This document shows, piece after piece, positions 12,795 to 26,286 of a DNA stretch of 64,000 nucleotides. Position 1 is the stretch's first letter. The number at the start of each line of letters is the position of its first letter. Position numbers and translations under genes: made by a program. The notes below the pieces were generated by a model. It was not told the origin of the DNA. It did no database searches and worked only from the letters and a program-made list of their open reading frames with translations. Source of the DNA: Octopus sinensis (taxonomy: Eukaryota). The stretch covers positions 37,820,001-37,884,000 of the forward strand of contig NC_043001.1 of NCBI RefSeq assembly GCF_006345805.1, given 5' to 3'.

Positions 12795-13350
12795 TCAAAA
12801 TAAGCAAGAAGTATAACCGAAGTAATGTGGTACGATCGTTTCATGCTACTTCATTTTATTAAACACTGTAAGTATTACATCAATTTTAAAATGTTGAGCA
12901 ATCTTCAGCCACTTATAGAAATTTTCCAATCAAACGGACAATGCACATTCTTATCTCTATTTCATTTGCCAACATTATAAAGAGGGTAGATATACAGACA
13001 GAGAGGTTGATTTCATTCTTAAGAACATGGTAGTATTAAATTTACTCTCTGACTGTAGATTTTTTCACTTTGTTAATTAGATCTGTTAGTGGGGAGGGGG
13101 GTTCTATTTTGGGTTGGATGGAGACAAAGAATTTTTTCTATTTATAGATATAGGAAGGGGTAGAAACAAATGTCAAAACCAATAAACCTATTCCTATTCT
13201 GAGGAACCCAGCCTAGATACATTTGAATGCACTAAGCAAAAGGCTAGTATGTTGAAGTTAGAGGGGTAGGGGAAGATAGACTATTAGTGTTCCAGAGGTT
13301 TTAATGTCTACTACCATTTGACATCTAGATTTCATATTAAGAAATTTAAG
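12795..13350 (-). mobile_element. Penelope-like element 3' remnant (GIY-YIG C-terminus-like sequence + pLTR)
   Basis: Minus strand has decayed NFNILA..C...RL..E-like text and a hammerhead-like motif next to (TA)n. Confidence 0.55.
12823..12915 (-). ncRNA. Type I hammerhead ribozyme-like motif (degenerate)
   Basis: GUGG-CUGAAGA-(U)UGCU...AGCA(U)-GAAA-CGAUCG-UA-CCAC: intact core, palindromic stem III, GUA cleavage triplet; U.U mismatch at the base of stem II. Confidence 0.55.
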
Positions 13351-13460
13351 TCAATATTCCTTAGACAATTTCCTAAATGATTTCAGTAAACATTAGTATC
13401 TTATATATGGATAGAAAATATAGAAACCATTTCATATTTATATAAATATATATATATATA

Positions 13461-13912
13461 TCCATTACCATTAATATATAATCATAATTAGCTAGTAAGT
13501 GGTGATTATTTTAATGAGTTGAATTAAAAGAAAATGTTAGACATAATATTTACTAACCGTGGAAAAAACATTAATTTAGTACATATATTAAGAGTCAATA
13601 AGATATATTAAAAAATAATGGAAGGGAAGTAATCAAGATGAACCAGGTAATTTCTCAAGATATATAGAATTATTTGCGATTATTTCATATTTATATATCC
13701 CCATTTCCATTAATATAGAATCACAATTAGTAAATGGTGATTTATTTTATTAATGAGTTGAATTAAAAGAATATGTTAGACATAATATTTACTACCCGTG
13801 GAGAAAAACTTTATCAATTAAGTAAATATATCAGGAGTCAATAATATATATTAAAAAGTAATGGAAGGGAGGTAATCAAAATGAACCAAGTAATTTCCCT
13901 AGATATATAGAA
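13461..13912. repeat. Diverged ~240-bp tandem duplication
   Basis: CCATTAATATA...GATATATAGAATT block present twice (from 13461 and 13701). Confidence 0.8.
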
Positions 13913-14439
13913 TTTTTTCTTTCCAATATAGGAGAGTAAAAAAAAAAAATTCGAATTTCATATATTCAGATTTATATATATAATGAAACTTCTTAAATCT
14001 TTGCAGGTTGAATAAAAGCTAGTATGGTATATTAATTTTTATTTGGTTATAACATATTAGGATTTGAAAATTTAGGAATGATCAGAATGTTATTATTTAA
14101 AATACTTAAACATACGGGTAGCACAATGTATACAAGATGCTCCCAGTTCGAAACGGTTATTCAATAAGTTTGTATTATTCCTATGTTTTAAAATTTCATA
14201 TGTCTCCATAGAACAAAGTTCACATCCATCTCTACTATTTTTATAAGGCTGTGCCTTTCATATTATATCCCATTTTAGGTTACATTCGATATATTTTTCT
14301 TTCAGTTCCCAAATTTTACTGGACAGCGTTGTGCAACCCGCCTTATGTTTAAGTCTAAAAGAGGAAAAATAATTGTTCAAACATTTTTTTAGATCTTTCA
14401 AACATCCGAAATAAAGATGACTTTAAATAATAGCTATCT

Positions 14440-15235
14440 TTTTATAGTAGGGTCAGTTAGGCACCGTCTGTGAGGAAAACAGTGCAATGACACAATTCAC
14501 TCTGTCAGAAATTTGGAAATGACATGCTGTACATCTTGGCATTCACACTGGAAGCTCCAATATGAACATTTCAGAATGTTTGGGTGTCAATCTGAGGACA
14601 GTACAGAAGGTTTGGAGTGAGTTGGATGAGTCTAATGGTGATTATAAAGGTATGGCAGCTCAGAAAACCCATTCTGATTGTTCTGATAAAAAAAGAACTC
14701 TTGAATTTGTTGGTGAGATGAAGACCATGATTAACAACAATCCCTCCAAGTCAATCAGGTCCACCGCCAGAGATATGGGGGTGTCTGAGTTTCTGATCAG
14801 GTAGGTAGTGAATGAAGATATTCGGTATTTGTCATACAAGGTGAGAAAGGGTGAATCTTTACCCCAAGCCATCAAGGACAAGAGGAAAGACTACACTACG
14901 AAGCTTTTGAACAAGCTCAAGCATCCCTGCCAACCAAACATGCTTTGGCTTTCCTCAGATGAGAAAAATTTCGGCCAGGATGAAAACTCCTTGTAACACC
15001 AAAGATGAACTGAAGGTAAGGATTATGACAGTATTCACCACCTTAAACAAAGAGTTACAGGAGATTCTGATGTCGTCTGGAGGTCCTGGTTGAAGCCAGT
15101 AGCGATTTTATTGAAAACATTTACCCATTAGTATTTCAAGATATTTTTATGTAATTTTGGTAAATATATCTGTTATAATGAGATGACGGTGTTATTTTCA
15201 ATTTTGCATAATTTAGATGACAATTTATTCATTGC
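14440..15235 (+). mobile_element. Internally deleted Tc1/mariner-superfamily transposon
   Basis: HTH-like KSIRSTARDMGVSEFLIR and first catalytic motif SSDEKNF.QD, then an abrupt jump to the C-terminus. Confidence 0.7.
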
Positions 15236-15314
15236 AGATAGAGATATATATACGTGTCTCTCTCTCTCTCTCTCAACATATATATATATATATATATATA
15301 TTTGTCACATGTTT

Positions 15315-15572
15315 AACTTTCCTTGTTTTTACCCCTCTGCGAAGTAATTTTATTTAATTCCTTCACAGGAAGGACTAGTACCACGAGTCGTGTTCTGTCC
15401 TCACCTTCGAAACACGCTGGAGTTGAACTAGGGACAGCTGATGAAGGGGATTTTTCCTTGTGTAGTTTGTCTTGTACTCTGTTTTTTCGTTTAGGTCCGT
15501 TTCCACGTTTGTTTTTATGTTTTCGTTTCTCGTTGAGTTCTACATCTATTTGTGGTGTCCTGTACTCACGTA
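15315..15572 (+). repeat. (TA)n-flanked interspersed repeat, unclassified
   Basis: Shares CTGATGAAGGG...GGTGTCCTGTAC-(TA)n with reverse-strand copies near 23290-23520 and 24030-24215. Confidence 0.55.
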
Positions 15573-15650
15573 TATATATTTATATATGCATGTATATAAA
15601 CATGTAGATGTAGGTACGTACATATATGTATGCATATATTTTATTTATTA

Positions 15651-15690
<40 letters not shown>

Positions 15691-15986
15691 TCCACTGAAT
15701 ATATATATATTCTCCTGAATTTCGGTAAATAATCCTTCAAACACATGGTCAATAGCAATGCCTGCTGCATTTGGCTACTCTGCATTGATAAAGGACAAAT
15801 ACCCTGAAACTAGTCTGCAGATGCCAGACCAGCAAGGGGAAGTGGCTGACCTCCCTTGTTTGAAGGTTATAATGAACACAGGTTCGTGTGTCACATAGCT
15901 AGCTAGAGGCAATGGCCTCTTGGAGCTAATCAATGGCAGCTTTTGTCCTATATTCATGGACTGCCATATTACCTTGGTGATAACTA

Positions 15987-16245
<259 letters not shown>

Positions 16246-16842
16246 CACTCAATAGGTTTCTTTTAGTATCCATCTACCATACAATTTCACAAGGCTATGT
16301 TAAGCCTAGTATTATTGGGAAGCAAGCTTTTTACTGCACAGCCATACCTGTACACACACACACATACATACACAAAAAAGGACACATGAATTCATATATA
16401 CATCTGAATACACGGATACACAAATGAACACATAGGCATGTAGCTCTGAGCTAGTTGGTAATGTACATGAGGCTGTTTGTAACGGAGACAAGAATACCAG
16501 TCAAATATGTCTGGCAAGTAATTTGATCCCAGTCTGTATGCTGAAAATAAAAGAAAATTACAGCATGGAAAGTGTATATTAACTATTCAAAACACGCACA
16601 AAGTTTGTTAACTTCATTTAAACATTTATTATTTGGTGTCAACTGTGAACTGGTCACTGACAAGGTCCCACAGCATTTAGTTTGGGATGTGGTTGTTGTC
16701 AGTATATATTGTTTTCAGGGTTATGAATATGCTTTGTTTATTTGTGAAGGTCAGTTGTTCTGATTCTCATTGCTTAGTACCAGTAGTTAATCAATACATT
16801 ATACGGTTATAATTCACAAGTTTCGTGTTTCCTCATCCTTTT

Positions 16843-17237
16843 CATCATCATCATCATCATCATCATCATCGTTTAGTGTCCGCTTTCCATGCTAGCATGG
16901 GTTGGATGGTTCAACTGGGGTCTGGGAAACCAGAAGGATGCACCAGGCCCAGTCTGATCTGGCAATGTTTCTACGGCTGGATGCTCTTCCTAACGCCAAC
17001 CACTCTGTGAGTGTAGTGGGTGCCACGATTGGATGGTGCTTTTTACATGCCACCGGCATGGGGGCCGGCAAGGCTGACAATGGCCATGATCGGATGGTGC
17101 TTTTTACGTGCCACCAGCACGAGGCCAGTCGGGGTGGTGCTGGCAACGGCTACGTTCGGATGGTTTTCTTACATACCACCGGCACTGGTATCACAGCTGC
17201 AATTTCCATTGATGTTGATCGATTTCGATTTCGATTT
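16843..17237 (-). mobile_element. RTE LINE 3' UTR fragment
   Basis: Reverse complement of the RTE terminal motif and (GAT)n tail. Confidence 0.85.
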
Positions 17238-17704
17238 TAAGCAGCAAATCTGAAATATCCTCAAAGAAAATAATCTTTCAGTCTATAACCACTGGTTGGC
17301 ACAAATTCTATAAGTTATGGTGAGAAGCAAGAATAAATATGAAACAAAATCTTAATATTCTCCACATGTTAAATTTACTGAAAACAGAAAAATAAAATGC
17401 TCTTTATGATAGAATTTTATATAAAAATGTAATAGTTATTATCTCCCAGCTTTAGTGTTTTTAAAGATACGAGTATGTAATTAATGATGTTATAACTTCA
17501 AGGTTTCACATAAAGAGATGTTGACTGTATCAGAGGAAGTACATAAATACATGTGTTCATATGGTGTAAATTAGTATCATACAGTAAGTCATAATCTGAG
17601 GTATTTTCATAAAAATTGTTTGTCTGCATGCAAATATTTGCTTATCTGTCCGTTCATCTGTATATTCATCTATCCATCCATCCATCTTGCATTGTTTTAC
17701 CTAG

Positions 17705-17949
17705 GTTACATGGTTTCCACTGGACAAAGCAGGTGTACATCAAGAATGACATGGCAAGCGGCTCAGTGGGGAGAAAATGGGAAGCCTTTTTCCTTTTTAT
17801 ATCAAATAAATGGAAATGGTAAAGTTATCTTAACAGTATTTTGTGTTGAATATGGTCTCCTTAGTAGTACTTATCATCAAAGATGGGCTTGTAATGCATC
17901 TCCAGCTCATGAATGGACAAAGGCTCATATTGATTGTCCTTATAATCTG
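17705..17949 (+). CDS. MAM-domain gene exon 3 (YMVSTGQSRCTSRMTW...FSFLYQINGNGKVILTVF...EWTKAHIDCPYNL)
   Basis: TTTTACCTAG acceptor, open phase-1 frame, CTG|GTAAGA phase-0 donor; spacing resembles MAM GYYM..ARL..F.Y..G.L.V..W..W motifs. Confidence 0.75.
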
Positions 17950-19251
17950 GTAAGAATTCTGATTATCAAAATTCTTCTGCTGATATACCCTTCCCCACTC
18001 TCTCTTTCATACTCACACATGCGAACACACACACACACATGAACACTTACACACATCAGAATGCATGGATACACAAATGGACACATAGGCATGTAGCTTT
18101 GAGTGTGTGTAGCTGGTTGGTTATGCACATGAGGCTGCATGTAATGGACACAAAAAAAAAAACACCATTCCAACAGTTAAATATGACTTTATTTACACCA
18201 TACAAGTCATACTGATGTTGGTCAGGCATTCCAGAAATATTCACATAGAGTCAACACAGGGGTTGGATTAAACACAAGAAATTATGTACACATCACATCA
18301 TATCTGCCATCATATAAAGCATACGAGGGTGAGCATGCAATCATTAGAATGACTATGTAAGCAATGAAGGTGTGTGTATCAGACCACAACTTCACTTACA
18401 CTGCAGTTTGGTGCTTAAAACAGACAATATTTATAGACTTATTACCATGAAGAATCTGGAAGGGTCTGGAAAAACTATCATGTGAAAACAGGCCACTGGT
18501 TGGCTAATAACTTGGCTTGAAGTGCATAATGTGACAATTCAAGTCCAAGACACACTACAGACACACGTAAACTCACATGCAAATACATGTGAATGCACTC
18601 ACATGCATATACGAAACATATGTAATGGCACACATAAACACACATTCACACAGATACACATGCATACATAAACACACATACACACAAGGATACACAGATA
18701 CACAAATGGACTACACATACACACAAAAACACAAACACACACACACACGGACATATGATCACACACACATTAACATACACACACATACAAATATACACAC
18801 AACCAGTTCCATTGTATATGATCTCTATTGACCATTTGTGAATCACTGTTCTTGCCTGAATAAATGGGAAGATGAGTGAGTTTAGGAAGATCAATACACT
18901 TCCCAAAGTGATGAGTGCTTTGCCTCATTTTCTCATATTAAGCAATAACGGGACAGTCATAATATGAACTGAGCTGTGATTCAACAAGTTTTGCTACTAA
19001 ATGTATGATGGGAGTGATAAGTAGAAAATACAGATGTGTCTGCTCTTATTGATCGCCACAGTTCATTGGGCTGAAGCTTACACTTGGTTTCTGAGGTATC
19101 AAGACAATGACAATTGAAAAACTAGCTTTGAATAACATAACAGACGTTTGCAGTCACTTCCCATAGGAGATGATTATAGAAATGCATGCTGTAATCACTA
19201 GGCAATTTGAGGTACAAATACAGCTTATAATAATAATCCTTTAGAACTAGG

Positions 19252-19351
19252 TCAGACTGGAGCCTGGCGCAGCCTCCTGGCTTCCCAGACCCTGGTCAAA
19301 CCGTCCAACCCATGCTAGCATGGAAAACGGACGTTGAACGATGATGATGAT
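19252..19351 (+). mobile_element. 100-bp RTE 3' end insertion with 8-bp target-site duplication
   Basis: GAACTAGG at 19244-19251 and 19352-19359 flanking the RTE terminus and GAT tail. Confidence 0.85.
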
Positions 19352-20060
19352 GAACTAGGACGTCTCAGCCATTGAAAGTCACATGATATTCAGGTAAATC
19401 TTTTATTTGATTTCATACTAAATAGAATAAACATAAAATCCTTTTAAAAATTTATATTAACCTCTCATTTGGCGAGAAAAGAAAAACGAAATTTACCTGC
19501 AATTACTAGCAATTCACAGAGACGAGGGGAGATAATTTATAGAACACTTAATGCAATTTTAAATTCTTATACATCAAGGAGAAAATGATATTTACTATCT
19601 AGGACAGTGACAGTAACACATGTTTCAGGCTTATAGGACAAAAGATTTTGCGTAGCAATAATTTGCATGGTATTTAATAAAACTGAATCAACAGCAATAA
19701 CTCAAATTTGCCAATGGATTAATATAAACCATGTGGGTAATGTATTGAGTTGAAACTCTCTACAGGATGAGTAGATAGCCGGAGAAATCTTCAGGAGAAC
19801 TCTTGGCAAATAAGTGTTTGGCCCATTAATAATATTATGGTAACAGCATGTGTTATCAAACTCTTGACTAGTTTTCCAGTACTCTGTCACTCTAACAGAA
19901 AATAAAAACAATAATTATTTTTAATAATGTTGGAAAGGAGCTTAAGTCGATACAGAAGATTAAGGTTTGCTGTTATTTGGCAGATGGAAGATTATTCAAT
20001 GTCTTCAAGATAACTCAGCTTAGTGGAGCCAATTTTCTCTCAACCAAGGGTGTATGTTAG

Positions 20061-22070
20061 AGTGACTGGACAATTTTCCGTAAACAAATTCTCTGTAGGA
20101 CAATTGGCCACAGAACTTTTTGTGATAAGACAATTCACCATATGGATATTTCGCTGCAAAGACATTTTACCATATAGCTTAAAAACTTGAGATTGTGTTG
20201 TTAATTAAATAAGGAATATTATTTACAGCAGTCATTTTTGGTAATTGCTGAAATGATAATTTGAAAACAGAAAGGTCGTCTAAATTTGAAACTGCATCAT
20301 TACTTGCTGCAATGAGAATTTAAAAGCAGAAAAGTCATTTAACATTTATTAAAAAATAACAAGCTTATCTTGAAAATTCAAAAGCAAATAGCTTGTTTTG
20401 AGAGGTTACCTAGACAGTTTATACTATTTATATTATTTTTCTTTAGAATTTGAAATTTAAACCCTTATGATGGTGTACACTATTAAAAGCAGCTGAGGTT
20501 GTGATAAGCTTGTAGACGACTTTAACTTTATTTATAGGCAAGAAAGAAAATGTGGGGGCAAGGTCCATTGGAAGTGGTTTGATACAAACTGTAAAGCAAG
20601 GGTTCATACAAAACTAAATAGTGAAGTGATTTCTATTTGTAAAATTGTAAGTAATCATACACATCCATCGAATCCTAGCCAACCAAAAATGCAAGAAGCA
20701 ATAGCAAATCTGAAAGAAAATACACTTAAATCCCAGTTAGCTTCAAAAAATCTTTGATTAGTTCTGCATATGGGAAAGTAGAGGATGAAGGATGCTCTCT
20801 TATGCCATCAACTTCAAGTTTATCAAGAAACATTAGAAGATGGAGACAAAAGGACAAATAAGTCCCTCCTCTACCTAAATCAAGAATTGGTTGTATAATT
20901 CCTGAAGAATTTATGTGTCTACAGAACAGAGAAATATTTTTACTCTACAATAGTGGGATGGAAGACGAAAACAGAATGTTGATTTTTAGTATGACTGCAG
21001 GGTTGCACGATCTAGAAATACATAAGAATTGAACATGCGATGTCCAGTTGGAACAGTTAAGGTTTGTCCTGAAATTTATAATCAGTTATATACTCTACAT
21101 GTCAACATAGAACAGGCATGCATTCCACGAATTTACAGTTTCCCCGTCTCCTCCTGAATATGACTCTTGACACAATAGGTTTTTTTCAAAAGGATAAAGA
21201 TCTGCTCGAGTCCCTAAGACCAGAAAATCTAGTGATTGATTTTGAACAAGCTAGTTTTCTAAGTTTTTCTGACAATCTTCTATCTGCAAATGTAACTGGT
21301 TGTTTCTTCCATTTCTGTAAAAATGTTTACAGAAAGGTGACAGATAATGGTACGATATCAAACTGATTGTGATTTTAACACAAAATTAAAGTGCCTTATG
21401 GCACTTGCATTTATCCCACCTCCAGACACCATTGATGCATTTATAGCACTTGTGAATGATGACGACTTGCCACAAGAACTTGTGGCATGTTTTGAAACAC
21501 ATTACATTGGTGGGGAGAGAGGTTGGGGAGCTCTCAGATATAGAGTTCCTCCTACTTTTCCCATTAGTCTTTCAAATATTCATGAAAAAAACATAAATCA
21601 GTTGGCTAACACCAACAATGGAGTAGAAGGTCTTCATAATGTGCTGCAAACATCTGTTACAAATACTCATCCAAATTTATGGAAACTTCTCAATGTCTTG
21701 AGAAATGAAGAATCCCTTTCTAAAAAGAAGGTAAACAATGCAGCAAGAGGAGAAACCGCAACCAAGAAAAAATACAAAGATGTTTATAAGCGTATACTAA
21801 GCATTGTCAGAGGTTATGATCAAAACCAAAAACAAACATTATTTGTATGCAATTGCAATGAACTCACATGATTTTTAGTTTCTTAGTTTTTTAGCTTTAC
21901 TTTTTAAATAAAGTGTACAACCTTCATTATTTTTATTCTTAATTTTTTTTTATCCTTCCCTTCATATACTTCAATACAAAATGTCCTTGTGGCGAAATAT
22001 CTGTACAGTGAATTGTCTTATGGCGAATAGTCCTACGGTGACATGCCTTGCATCGGATTGTCCTAGATTC
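20061..22070 (+). mobile_element. Mutator-like (MULE) DNA transposon with decayed FLYWCH-MULE transposase
   Basis: 9-bp TSD GTATGTTAG (20052-20060, 22071-22079), ~100-bp imperfect TIRs, motifs CKARVHT...HTHP, DFEQA...GCFFH, TNNGVEGLHN, HPNLWKLL. Confidence 0.9.
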
Positions 22071-22219
22071 GTATGTTAGCTCTGCAAATTTTCAGTTATG
22101 CAAGACATTTGATACATCATTAAACTGTACTTTTAGATAAACTTACAGATAAATGGATGAAGCCATTGAGTGTTAATTTTGGAAGTTTTTAATCTCATTC
22201 TATTTTTATTCTGTCCTAG

Positions 22220-22286
22220 GATAACATCATTATTGAAGCTGAGTTTTTGGGCAAAGCTAATGTTACGATTGGTAAAATATGGAACG
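22220..22286 (+). CDS. MAM-domain gene exon 4 (DNIIIEAEFLGKANVTIGKIWN)
   Basis: TTTTTATTCTGTCCTAG acceptor, G|GTAAGT donor, phase 0-1; matches the MAM C-terminal I.FEA...G.IAIDDI strands. Confidence 0.78.
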
Positions 22287-22676
22287 GTAAGTAATTTAAT
22301 TGATATTGATATGTGAGACTCAGAGGTTAGAGATAAACTTACGAAACATGGGTTACAAATTCAGACTTTAGCTGAAGCACTGAACTGTATTGTTGTTACC
22401 AAGTTGTAACGGAAGTATTAGTATCATTTTGGTATAGTTAGAGCATGCAACTATAAAATAATTCTAAGTATTTATTTAAACATCTAAATTCATATATTTC
22501 TGCATCTGTTGTTGACTTTGAAATGTGGATGTAAAAATGACATGCTGGAGAGAGAGAGAATGAGAAACAGAGGGAGAGAGATATATTTTCCTCAGCTGTC
22601 AGGAATTTCTAATCAAATAAATATTTATTGCACTGCATGCTCTTTCAGCAAAAAACAAAACAAAACAAAGAGGAAC

Positions 22677-22682
<6 letters not shown>

Positions 22683-22727
<45 letters not shown>

Positions 22728-22737
22728 TATATATATG

Positions 22738-22824
<87 letters not shown>

Positions 22825-22881
22825 GCTTGTCTGTCTGCCTGCCTGCCTGCCAGTCTGTCTGTCTCTCTCTCTCTCTCTTCC

Positions 22882-22921
<40 letters not shown>
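22683..22921. repeat. Compound (TA)/(TCTA)/(TCTG)/(CT) microsatellite
   Basis: Direct reading. Confidence 0.95.
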
Positions 22922-22925
<4 letters not shown>

Positions 22926-23022
22926 CAATTAGTCAATTTAGGGTAGCAAAAAATTCAATAGAAATTTATCGCTACCAGCGGCCTAGTGGAAAAGAGAAAA
23001 TAGTCAAAGACTAAATATATAA

Positions 23023-23263
23023 ATATAACAATTTAGGAGTGACCCGTAACAGGCCATTCGTCCACCAGAAAGAGCAGCCATAACTCACACCGCCAAGTAG
23101 TAGTAATTCAGAAATTAGGTGAAAATTTAGGGTAGTTGAATTAGGGTAAATGTTTTTAAATTTTCACCTAATTTCTGAATTACTACTACTTGGCGGTGTG
23201 AGTTATGGCTGCTCTTTCTGGTGGACGAATGGCCTGTTAAGGGTCACTCCTAAATTGTTATAT
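23023..23263. repeat. Long inverted repeat, 107-bp arms, 27-bp spacer
   Basis: 23023-23129 is the reverse complement of 23157-23263 with one mismatch. Confidence 0.92.
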
Positions 23264-23817
23264 ATATATATATTATATATATATATATATAATATATATA
23301 TATATATATGCATATATGGGTACAGGACGTTACAAACTGTGAACAACATGAAGTACAAAAACAAGCAAGTTAAATATGCAAACAACGAGAGAGAAAAAAT
23401 TGTAAACAGGACAAGTAAAACAAAGAATGACTCTTTGTCAGTTGTTGGCTGTCTATCTACTCCTCATATTGAGCATCCAATGAGAATATGAGTTTTCGAA
23501 GACAGTTGCTCCCATAACTTCCAAAATAAATTTTAGATTTTATGGAGGGTCAAAGTTGGGAACAAAAACAGGACAATAGAGACATATAAGGAAACCAAAC
23601 AGAAACAAACATGGAATGTCATTAGACCAGAACGAGGGGGAAAATACTGAACTCTGGAAGAAATATTATCTTTGAAAAGAGAAGAAATAGAAGAGATAGA
23701 TAGATGTCCAGTCCTTAGAATGTCATGTAGCAAAAGAAAGATGTTCACATGAGGAAAAGAAAGATGGACGATGTTCACATGTGAGCAACAAGAGAGAGAA
23801 AAGGAGAAAGAAGGGGG

Positions 23818-23859
<42 letters not shown>

Positions 23860-24929
23860 TAGGAGACAGTGAAGGGGAGAAAAAGGGAATTAGAGAAAGA
23901 TGGAGGAGAAAACAGTATAGAATAGAGTTGCATCAAAAAGGTTAAGATAAATTTACTTGGAAATGGATGTGTGCTGTTCAACTAAATAATAATATATATG
24001 TGTATATATATATATATATATATAAATATATATATATATATGGGTACAGGACACCACCAACTGTAAACTACATAAAGTGCGAAAACAAGTGAGTTAAATA
24101 TGCAAACAACAAGAGAAAAAAGTTGAAAACAGGGCAAGTCGCACAAAGAACAACCCTTCATCAGTTGTTGGCTGTCTATCTACTCCTCATTTTGAGCATG
24201 CAGTGACAATAATATATATATATAGTTAATTTAAATAAACAAATAATTCAAATAAATGAATAAAAAACAAAAAACAACAAACATGAGGACATGCACAAGA
24301 AGTGCATGAAAGAGAAGAAGAAATCACCGATGACCCATGTGTAGCTACATTGGTTTAGATGAAGTATAGGACACTGGTAACCAGTAGTTAGAATTCATTA
24401 TACTTGTACTTTATAGTAAATACTTATATCAGTATAGAGTGATATCAAGTTATATATCAAGTAACGAATCACCTTCATTAGCTTACAACTGTTTCTACTA
24501 CAAGGAAGCTCTCAGAGCTGCTCGCTCATGCATACGTATGTGTGTGTGTGTGTGTGTGCATACGTGTATGTGAAAACTATCTAATAAGAATCCAGATTTA
24601 TAAAAACAATGCACAGACCTACTAAAGAAGTATACTCACAATACTCACAAATGGTCATAGGTAATCTTCATTATCAGTCTAATAATAGCAACATCATTCA
24701 ACATTAGTTAATTTTCAATATATATGTTAAGGAGAACTTCTGTTTAGTGCACTTGGCAATTTTTTTATAAGGTGAATAACAAAGGATTTGGTAGAACAAC
24801 ATATTTCTGTGAAGTTCTTTATCGCCCTGGGTGAAAAATTTTATGCTGTTGAAACAGGCCTATAGGAGGATTGTTTGAGATATATATGATACAATATTGA
24901 AAATAGTACCTGCATTGCAAGTCAAGAAT

Positions 24930-25560
24930 ATCCACTGGTGACGATTGCAAATTGGTTGATTTCTAATTCTGTAGTTCACCAACAGATGGCATGACCTGTA
25001 GTGCACCAACAGATGAGCAATCTGGAGAACCAGCTATGAGCATCACCCTCAGAAATGTGGAGAAAATTCATCAGCTTATGCATGAGGATCATTGGAGGAC
25101 AATCATCAACATTTTGCAGCATTTGAGGGAGAACATTCAGTGAAAGCAACTGGATCTGTGGAATGTGAAGAATTGGATTCTTCATGCTGACAAATGCATA
25201 CTGTGACAGAGCCCTCCTCACTCATGAGTTTCTAAACAAAAACAACATTGTATCACTTCCACACCTGCACTATTCACCAGATTTAGCACCTGCAGTCTTC
25301 CATCTCTTCCCCAAGGGGAAAATGCAGCTCAAAGGTTGCTGTTTTAAAACTGTTGTTGAGATCAAGAGTGAATCGCAGGTCCTTAACTTGCTTACAGAAA
25401 ACAACTTCCATGCTGAATTTCAAATATGATAAGAACACTGTGACTGGTGTATTGCTGTGCAAGGTGACTATTTCGAAGGAGGTGATGCTAAAACTTGGGT
25501 AAATAAGTTATTTTTTATTAAACAAAACAAATCAGGGAACTTTTTGATACCACATCACAT
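24930..25560 (+). mobile_element. Mariner fragment (internally deleted)
   Basis: HFxFLNKNNIVSLPHLHYSPDLAPA.FHLFPK motif and a TIR-like 3' end. Confidence 0.78.
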
Positions 25561-26235
25561 ACAAAAACATGTCAGTGTGTTGGAGAGTCCCTATAAAGCC
25601 ATGCAGAATAAGTGCAGATTCTCTTTTAGAATCCAGAATAAGTCTAATGTTATATGGCAATTAAAAGAGAAAGTAATGCCCTGCAATATCAAATGGAAGT
25701 TGCTGGAATGGCTTGGGCAATAGCTGAATGGATGTTGACATTGCAGGTCCTACTTTGCAGAAAGGAGAATCATTCTTAAAGATTTGCACACACCAGGTGC
25801 TTCACTACACAAAAAATGAAATATTCCAATGCTGCCCTCATAAACAGAAGTTCATTTTAGTGGTGTGATCATTTTTGAACTAGGGAATGAGGTGTGTATA
25901 TACACACTCACTTAGACAAACATAAATTATACGCTTCACCCATGGCAAACATCAATTCTAGTTAGAGTGTCTAAAGAGTTGTCAATATTGCACAAGTGTA
26001 ATAGCTGATGCAAAACTAATAGTATCATTCTGACCATTTATATGCTATAATCAGTAATATACTACTCAAATATATATAAAAATATGACCACTCTGTTATT
26101 TGTATCAAGTGCGCTTTCATTTGACATGGGCAACTGACTGATAGTTTCATGTCTGATAGGTAGGTAGGCAGGTAGGTAGGTAGATAGGTAGGGAGGTTTT
26201 GAGTGTGTATGTATGTATGTATGTATGTATGTATG

Positions 26236-26267
<32 letters not shown>

Positions 26268-26286
26268 TGTATGTATGTATGTATGT

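Noticed and set aside
15400-15455. Type II hammerhead (CGAAAC ... CTGATGA)
   Set aside because: Stems I and III cannot be formed and stem II closes with an A.C mismatch.
19360-19394. Small exon DVSAIESHMIF next to the RTE tail
   Set aside because: Phase 0-2 does not fit the neighbouring exons, and the acceptor is part of the TSD.
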